NCBI GenBank assembly: GCA_963676915.2
Contig: CAXXVK010000011.1
Coordinates: 64,001-128,000, forward strand
Length of the DNA: 64,000 nucleotides
Direction: 5' to 3'
From: Myxococcota bacterium
Lineage (GTDB): Bacteria; Myxococcota_A; SURF-8; G963663525
The notes beneath the pieces were generated by a model that had not been told where the DNA came from, ran no database searches, and worked only from the letters and a program-made list of their open reading frames with translations. This document shows positions 57,961-64,000 of this stretch, piece by piece (position 1 is the stretch's first letter; each line of letters opens with the position of its first letter). The translations under genes and the position numbers were made by a program.

Positions 57961-59943
57961 TCATTCGGGAGGAAGAGTGGCAACGAATTCTTCGAACCGT
58001 GGATCATGCCGGATGCGGTCGAAATCCTCGTCGTTGGCGATTCTTTTTTGTGTTAAGAAAATCTTTGAAACGCTTCTACATTTTTCCAGCCACTCGATAG
58101 ATATTTCCGTATCTCCTTTACATGCGAAAAGACATCCAAGGTTGTATAGTGCATGATAATAATCTGGATTGATTTTCAAAGCGGCAATGTATTTTTCGTA
58201 AGCCTCGTCCATCAACTTGTCCGCCTCTTCACCTTGTCTCGTTTTTGCCTTTTCGTTCAGAGTGAGACCCCAGTTGTAAAGCGTTTCGTGATTATCTGGC
58301 TTGATTTGCAAAGCAGCTCTATATTTTTCGCAAACCTCTTCCCACAACTTGTCCGCCTCTTTTCCTTTTCGCGTTTTTGCTTTTTCGGACAGAGCATTGC
58401 CCCAATTTATTAGTGCTTTGTACGTATCTGGCTTGATTTTTAAGGCAGCTTTATATTTTTCACATGCCTCTTCCCACAACTTATCCGCTTCTTCCGTTTT
58501 TCGTGTTTCTGACTTGTTGTACAGTGCAAGACCCCAGTTGTTTAGTATTTTGTGCATGTCTGGCTTGATTTTCAAAGCAGCTTTATATTTTTCGCAGGCA
58601 TTGTCCCACAACTTGTCTGCCTCTTTTCCTTTTCGTGTTTTTGCTTTTTCGGACAGAGTGTTACCCCAGTTGTATAGCGCCTCGTGCATGTCTGGCTTAA
58701 TTTTCAAAGCGGCATCATACTTTTTGCAAGCCTCATCCCACAATTTATCCGCCTCTTCCCCTTGTTGTGTTTTTGCCTTTTCGTGCAATTTGTTTCCCAA
58801 ATCGATTAAGGACCACGCGTACATTTCCTGTAACTCATCCGAAAGCGGTTGGGAGGCTGCTTGTAATATTTCCGTAACCTCTTTGTGGCGACCTTGGAAA
58901 TACAGATTCGAGACGTTTTTAGTGAGTTGCTTTTCTTCTTTTTGGTGCTCTGATTCTTTCGGGCATTCCGGAGTGTTGTCGATCAGGCATTTTTTTGCCA
59001 ATCGCAATTGATTTTTAGGTTTTTCTAACAGATCATAACCTGCTTTTTCGCCTTTTTCGGAATAAGGCTGGAACTGTTCCAGGATCGAGAGTTGGTGAGA
59101 AAACGGATCGGCGATAAACGGAGGGAGGTCAAGCTGTAATTCCTGACATAGCTTATAAAAAAAGCTATCGGCATCGTAGCCTTCAACCCAATAGGCATGT
59201 TTTTCACGGTTTAATAATTTTTCCTGCACGACTGGAATGGGTTCCGAATCCCGGTATCCTACCCAATAGAGAGCATTGTTGAATTTTTTCCCTGCCAGAT
59301 TCTCGAAAACCGGATCGTTATCACCGCTGTATCCAACCACCAGCCATGTGCGGCGTAATGAGGCATCCTCAAATGCTGGAGCCAGATCTTTGGCATGGTC
59401 TTTAACATCCTCTTGGGTATGCAACTGAACGAAACCGCCATGTTGACCGTGCAGGAAGAAAACCGATGGATCGCAGACCAGATCGGCTTTGAAGCGGGTC
59501 GAGATGGCTAGATCATACACCGAAGGAAAACAGTGATACAGTGACAATGCACGGAGGGTGAGGTTGTCGAAATTCGTGGTCAGAATTCTACCCACATATC
59601 CTTGATCTACCAGATACCCGAGAAGAAGATGCGCCCAGTTCAATCTGGATTTGGCAACGTAATCCGCAATGAGATCGTACCGAGGGCCAGTATCCAATTC
59701 CCCCATCAAATAAGGATAGGTAGGTTTTTCAGGGGCGGTTTTTTCCTGGGCGCGTCTGTAAGCACCCGGATCGTTGTCTTCAATCCATTTTTCAATGCCA
59801 CTCGCCAAAGGAATTCCGGCAGAAAACGAGCAGCCTGCTCCGATCAGAACCGAGCAGGGGACTTTTCGGTCTCTACCACGTCTCAGTGATACCGCAACGT
59901 CGGAAATAGTACGTTTGATGTCATTTTTCATAGATTGTTTCAT
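57961..59943 (-). CDS. SIR2-family (SIR2_2-like) domain fused to TPR-like repeats
   Basis: LIGAGCSFSAGIP, TTNFD, LHG and VGYSG motifs. Five 44-aa repeats. C-terminal YNLGCLFA...DEDFDRIRHDPRF cap. Start MKQSM after GAGG. Confidence 0.88.
   Translation of the reverse strand: MKQSMKNDIKRTISDVAVSLRRGRDRKVPCSVLIGAGCSFSAGIPLASGIEKWIEDNDPGAYRRAQEKTAPEKPTYPYLMGELDTGPRYDLIADYVAKSRLNWAHLLLGYLVDQGYVGRILTTNFDNLTLRALSLYHCFPSVYDLAISTRFKADLVCDPSVFFLHGQHGGFVQLHTQEDVKDHAKDLAPAFEDASLRRTWLVVGYSGDNDPVFENLAGKKFNNALYWVGYRDSEPIPVVQEKLLNREKHAYWVEGYDADSFFYKLCQELQLDLPPFIADPFSHQLSILEQFQPYSEKGEKAGYDLLEKPKNQLRLAKKCLIDNTPECPKESEHQKEEKQLTKNVSNLYFQGRHKEVTEILQAASQPLSDELQEMYAWSLIDLGNKLHEKAKTQQGEEADKLWDEACKKYDAALKIKPDMHEALYNWGNTLSEKAKTRKGKEADKLWDNACEKYKAALKIKPDMHKILNNWGLALYNKSETRKTEEADKLWEEACEKYKAALKIKPDTYKALINWGNALSEKAKTRKGKEADKLWEEVCEKYRAALQIKPDNHETLYNWGLTLNEKAKTRQGEEADKLMDEAYEKYIAALKINPDYYHALYNLGCLFACKGDTEISIEWLEKCRSVSKIFLTQKRIANDEDFDRIRHDPRFEEFVATLPPE
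58140..58800 (-). repeat. Intragenic tandem repeat, 5 x 132 bp
   Basis: Variants of cccacaacttgtccgcctc recur at ~58209, 58341, 58473, 58605 and 58737. Confidence 0.9.
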
Positions 59944-60343
59944 GAGCTTGGAGTCCTCGAAAAACGTGTGTCCTATTTGTAGGGTATTGTAGATAGTGTA
60001 ACCATTAATATTAGTATATTTTATCATATGTTTATGCAACCAATATTCGGTTGAAGTTCTTGTTTTTTGTCAAAATCAGGTGTTCTGGAATAATTAGCAT
60101 AATCAACCTGGCCGATCTGATTCTAATCCTTTGTGGCCAAAGTAGCTTTTTCGTCATTTAGAGGACGAACAATCTCCACCGACCCCCGGTTTTCAACCCC
60201 CCATTGCATTGCAAAGATCCCGAATTATTTTTTCTCTGAAAGGACGTGAATCTCGGACGCCTTTCGAGGTGCCGGCCACAGAATGGGTAAGTGGCCGGTA
60301 TGGTTCAGGAAAACAATGGATTTCTACGGGAGGAAACGATTTC

Positions 60344-62950
60344 ATGGACCTGAACAGATGTACGGTAAAATGTCAGGAAGCGCTTCAGGAAGCCCAGACC
60401 AAGGCCGTGATCCACAATCATCAGGAAGTCGATGGCGAGCATTTTCTTTCGGCGCTTCTGGAGCAATCGGATGGGCTGGCTCCGCGACTGCTGCAACGCA
60501 TGGAAATTCCCGTCGAAGCGTTCAAAGAACGACTCGATCGGATTTTGGGCGATAAACCGCAGGTCAGCGGTCCGGGAACGGAACCGGGAAAAGTCTACAT
60601 CACGCAACGTTTGAACAAACTGCTCGTTCAAGCGCAAAACGAAGCCAAAAAACTCAAAGACGAGTACATTTCCGTCGAACATGTGATGCTGGCTTTCATC
60701 GACGAGGGAAAAAGCACTCCCACCGGAAAACTTTTGCACGAATTCCATGTAACGCGTGATCGTCTGCTGAAGACGCTGACTTCGATACGCGGGCATCAGC
60801 GCGTGACCAGCGCCGATCCAGAAGGTACCTACGAGGCGTTGCGAAAATACGGGCGGGATCTCGTTGAAGAAGCCCGCTCCGGCAAGCTCGATCCGGTCAT
60901 TGGTCGGGACGACGAAATCCGCCGGACGATTCGTATTCTGTCGCGTAAAACCAAGAACAACCCGGTGCTGATCGGTGATCCCGGTGTGGGAAAAACCGCG
61001 ATCGTGGAAGGTCTGGCCCATCGGATCGTTCGGCAGGACGTTCCCGAAGGTCTCAAAGATAAAACGATTTTCGCTTTGGACATGGGTTCTCTTGTGGCAG
61101 GAGCCAAATATCGCGGTGAGTTCGAAGAACGCCTGAAAGCCATTTTGCAGGAAATTCGGGAATCGCAGGGACGCATCCTGCTGTTTATCGACGAGTTGCA
61201 TACCATCGTCGGTGCGGGAAAAACCGAAGGTTCGATGGATGCCGGAAATATGCTCAAACCCATGCTTGCTCGTGGAGAGTTGCATTGCCTCGGCGCCACG
61301 ACCCTCGATGAATATCGGAAATACATCGAGAAAGACAAAGCCCTGGAGAGGCGTTTTCAACCTGTGGTGGTGGAAGAACCCACCGTCGAGGATACCATTT
61401 CCATTCTGCGGGGACTCAAGGAGCGCTACGAGATTCATCACGGCGTACGGATACAGGATAGCGCGCTCGTTGCCTCGGCGATGTTGTCCAACCGCTATGT
61501 GAACGATCGATTCCTGCCGGACAAAGCCATTGATCTGATCGACGAAGCCTGCGCGACCATCCGCACGGAAATCGACTCCATGCCCACACAACTCGACGAC
61601 GTATCGCGTCGGATCATGCAGTTGGAAATCGAAGAAGCGGCATTGAAAAAAGAAAAGGACCGCGCCAGCAAGGAGCGGCTCGATAGCTTGAGAAAAGACC
61701 TGGCGAATCTGCGTACCGAAGCCGACGCCATGCGCGCCCAGTGGGAGAACGAAAAGCAGGCGATTCAGGATGTCCAGACCTTGCGGGAAGAACTGGAACA
61801 GGTTCGGCACGATATCGAAATTGCCGAGAGGGATTACGATCTCAATCGGGCGGCGGAGTTGCGACACGGAAGACTCCCGGCACTGGAGCAACGTCTCAAG
61901 CAGGAAGAGGAGTTGTTTTCGAAAAACCAGGTCGGGGACCGTCTGTTGCGGGAAGAGGTTACGGAAGAAGAGATCGGCGAAACGGTGTCTCGCTGGACCG
62001 GGATTCCCGTCTCGCGATTGATGGAAGGCGAGCGGCAAAAAATCCTCAAACTCGATCAAATTCTGCACGAGCGTGTAATCGGACAGGATGAAGCGGTTCA
62101 ACTCGTCGCCGATGCGGTGATCCGCGCCCGTTCCGGGATCAAAGATCCGAGGCGGCCTATCGGAACGTTCATTTTCCTGGGACCGACCGGCGTGGGTAAA
62201 ACCGAACTGGCCAAGACGCTGGCGCATTCGCTGTTCGACTCCGAGGACAACATGGTTCGCATCGACATGAGCGAATACATGGAGAAACACACCGTAGCTC
62301 GTCTGCTCGGCGCGCCTCCCGGCTACGTGGGATTCGAAGAGGGGGGTCAACTGACCGAGGCCGTGCGTCGCAAACCCTACGCCGTGATTCTGTTCGACGA
62401 AATCGAAAAAGCCCATCACGACGTGTTCAACGTCTTGCTTCAGATTTTCGATGACGGCAGGCTCACCGACGGTCAGGGGCGGACGGTTGATTTCAAAAAC
62501 ACGGTCATCATCATGACCAGCAACATCGGTTCACACGCACTGTTGGAGGGTATCGACGCCAACGGTGGACTGCGTGATGCTGCCAGAGATCGTGTAATGG
62601 GAGAATTGCGTGGGTACTTCCGACCGGAATTTCTTAACCGGGTGGATGACATCGTGCTGTTCAAACCTCTGACGCTGGAGGAAGTCGAGCAGATTGTGGG
62701 GTTGTTGACCGAGGATCTGGCTCGAAGGCTGGAGGATCGGCGCATCCGCATCGATATCACCGAAGAAGCACGGCGTTTTATAGCCGAAGCGGGATACGAC
62801 CCCGTCTATGGTGCGCGGCCATTGCGTCGTTATCTCCAACGAGAGTTGGAAACCCGCATCGGGCGGGCGTTGCTTACCGGAGAGGTTTCCGACGGCTCCA
62901 CACTGCGTATCACGGTAAAGGGCAGAGAGTTGGACGTTGCGTATGGATGA
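60344..62950 (+). CDS. clpB: Chaperone/disaggregase ClpB
   Basis: [23 protein letters not shown], coiled-coil M domain, [15 protein letters not shown] and YGARPLRR. Start after GGAGG. Confidence 0.97.
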   Translation: MDLNRCTVKCQEALQEAQTKAVIHNHQEVDGEHFLSALLEQSDGLAPRLLQRMEIPVEAFKERLDRILGDKPQVSGPGTEPGKVYITQRLNKLLVQAQNEAKKLKDEYISVEHVMLAFIDEGKSTPTGKLLHEFHVTRDRLLKTLTSIRGHQRVTSADPEGTYEALRKYGRDLVEEARSGKLDPVIGRDDEIRRTIRILSRKTKNNPVLIGDPGVGKTAIVEGLAHRIVRQDVPEGLKDKTIFALDMGSLVAGAKYRGEFEERLKAILQEIRESQGRILLFIDELHTIVGAGKTEGSMDAGNMLKPMLARGELHCLGATTLDEYRKYIEKDKALERRFQPVVVEEPTVEDTISILRGLKERYEIHHGVRIQDSALVASAMLSNRYVNDRFLPDKAIDLIDEACATIRTEIDSMPTQLDDVSRRIMQLEIEEAALKKEKDRASKERLDSLRKDLANLRTEADAMRAQWENEKQAIQDVQTLREELEQVRHDIEIAERDYDLNRAAELRHGRLPALEQRLKQEEELFSKNQVGDRLLREEVTEEEIGETVSRWTGIPVSRLMEGERQKILKLDQILHERVIGQDEAVQLVADAVIRARSGIKDPRRPIGTFIFLGPTGVGKTELAKTLAHSLFDSEDNMVRIDMSEYMEKHTVARLLGAPPGYVGFEEGGQLTEAVRRKPYAVILFDEIEKAHHDVFNVLLQIFDDGRLTDGQGRTVDFKNTVIIMTSNIGSHALLEGIDANGGLRDAARDRVMGELRGYFRPEFLNRVDDIVLFKPLTLEEVEQIVGLLTEDLARRLEDRRIRIDITEEARRFIAEAGYDPVYGARPLRRYLQRELETRIGRALLTGEVSDGSTLRITVKGRELDVAYG

Positions 62951-62953
62951 TCG

Positions 62954-62986
62954 AAAAAAAGAGCAGGCGTGCTGCCTGCTCTTTTT
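62954..62986. terminator. Bidirectional rho-independent terminator
   Basis: A7-GAGCAGGC-N5-GCCTGCTC-T5 between convergent genes. Confidence 0.85.
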
Positions 62987-63016
62987 CAATGATTTCAGAT
63001 TTTTTTTCGGCTGAGA

Positions 63017-63589
63017 TCAGAACCAGAAACTCACGCCACCCACGAGATTGATGAACTGCGGGTTGCCTTCTCCGGTGGATACGAGCACTTTGTACTGGGA
63101 TTGCAGAAACAGATCGATGTTGGGGAAAGCCCGGTAGCCGAAGCCGAACAAGCCGCCGAAATGCGGAAGAATGACGTTGTCTGGTTTGAATTTACCGTTG
63201 GACATACCCAACGTAGCCGCGAAAAACACCCGCCAGTAATCTATGGGTACCACGAACTTGAAGTTCATCGACAAATCGGTGATGCCGGTGATGTCGTATT
63301 TGAGTTTTCCGTCCGATGTTGCGACTTTCTTGCTACGTACCAGGCGATAGATGTTGGCCTGTGGCGTGACGTAAAACGTTGAAATGATGGGAATATCAAC
63401 GAAGAAACCCCAGGACTCCGTAATATTGTAGCGGTCGTGAAGGGGAAAATGCGCACCGGCATAGGCGCTCACTCCGGCTTGTCGATCTGAAACGGGTCGT
63501 TCGTCGGGAATTTCATCGGCCCAGGAGATCTGAGGCAGAAGGAGAAACAGTGCCACGATCCACCCGCCGGTTTTCGTCCAACGCTTCAT
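63017..63589 (-). CDS. Small outer-membrane beta-barrel protein
   Basis: Signal peptide ending SWA, alternating amphipathic strands and terminal ...GGVSFWF. Confidence 0.75.
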   Translation of the reverse strand: MKRWTKTGGWIVALFLLLPQISWADEIPDERPVSDRQAGVSAYAGAHFPLHDRYNITESWGFFVDIPIISTFYVTPQANIYRLVRSKKVATSDGKLKYDITGITDLSMNFKFVVPIDYWRVFFAATLGMSNGKFKPDNVILPHFGGLFGFGYRAFPNIDLFLQSQYKVLVSTGEGNPQFINLVGGVSFWF

Positions 63590-63665
63590 CGTTGCGTTCC
63601 TTTCGGTCTTTATCCCGCGATGGTTTACACGAGATGTATGGATTCGGTTAATTTACACTGAAAAT

Positions 63666-63694
63666 ATTTTATGCGATTGGGACGAGAAAGTCAA
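63666..63694 (-). promoter_or_regulatory. Putative sigma70 promoter of 63017..63589
   Basis: Minus strand TTGACT-N17-TAAAAT. Confidence 0.65.
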
Positions 63695-63758
63695 ACTTCG
63701 GTCGTTTCGTGCCGGGCGATTCAATTTTTGAATGATTTACCCCATTCAAGTGCTTTCG

Positions 63759-63851
63759 GGGTGGCACGGTCTTTCACCGTGAGGTGAATGGCCGTGAAAT
63801 TACGAAAAATCCGGGCCATCGATCCGTTCCGGATCGAAGACCCGGGCACCC
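63759..63851. repeat. Inverted hairpin doublet, REP/REPIN-like (copy 2)
   Basis: GGGTGGCACGGTCT-TTCACC GTGA GGTGAA-TGGCCGTG, spacer, then an inverted unit GGGTGCCCGGGTCT-TCGATCCG GAA CGGATCGA-TGGCCCGG. Confidence 0.8.
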
Positions 63852-64000
63852 ATTCCTGGATTTATAGAGTTAGATTTGTACCGAATCAAGAACTGAATCA
63901 CCCTGCGTTTCGTGCCGCAAAAGAAAATCTTCGGTTGAAAACGACGAAGTGGAGCCGAAGGACAAAAAACGGCTTCGGTTCGGACATTATCGGTAAAGAG

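Noticed and set aside
58140-58800. CRISPR array
   Set aside because: The repeats are contiguous, in-frame 132-bp coding units with no unique spacers, and there are no cas genes.
60094-60126. CIRCE or sigma32 element upstream of clpB
   Set aside because: TTAGCATAATCA...TGATTCTAA deviates from TTAGCACTC-N9-GAGTGCTAA in sequence and spacing. A nearby CCCCAT lacks a CTTGAA -35.
60305-62419. 704-aa minus-strand ORF
   Set aside because: Antisense shadow of clpB, a common effect of codon bias in conserved genes.
63762-63778. Sigma54 promoter TGGCACGGTCTTTCA
   Set aside because: It has the -24 GG but not the -12 GC. Copy 1 has the -12 but not the -24.

Overview
Bacterial chromosomal segment of moderate-to-high GC, probably a Myxococcota/deltaproteobacterial-like lineage. 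This is inferred from a MYXO-CTERM-like sorting signal, Cys-rich repeat lipoproteins and acidic-linker lipoproteins. Most genes are on the minus strand. Contents: two tandem pairs of paralogous beta-propeller-like lipoproteins (1-6.5 kb); uvrA-murB; GNAT, pgsA, malic enzyme, IYD-like nitroreductase and a PilZ protein; a Zn-phospholipase C-like MYXO-CTERM protein; a dcw cluster (mraZ-rsmH-ftsL-ftsI-murE-murF-mraY-ftsW-murG-murC-ddl-ftsQ-ftsA-ftsZ-like-ftsZ) lacking murD and murB; pal-cpoB; an ECF sigma/anti-sigma trio; ugd; RNA methyltransferases; lipocalin, glutathione peroxidase, a GH88/105 lipoprotein and an NtrC-type regulator; a standalone SIR2-TPR gene; and clpB. Between about 23.9 and 31.6 kb six genes are frameshifted, mostly by +1 bases in homopolymers, most likely sequencing error. 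The apparent ftsQ-ftsA fusion is one such case. Highlights: (1) a ~92-bp structured repeat present twice, 53 kb apart, each copy an inverted doublet of an irregular hairpin with compensatory changes (REP/REPIN-like, can also fold as a four-way junction); (2) a degenerate FtsZ paralog lacking the T7 catalytic loop, placed between ftsA and ftsZ; (3) a SIR2 NADase-like domain fused to five 132-bp TPR-like repeats, a candidate antiphage sensor-effector; (4) duplicated lipoprotein pairs with variable loops, a homogenised block and a shared upstream palindrome. No rRNA, tRNA, CRISPR array, transposase or integrase was recognised.
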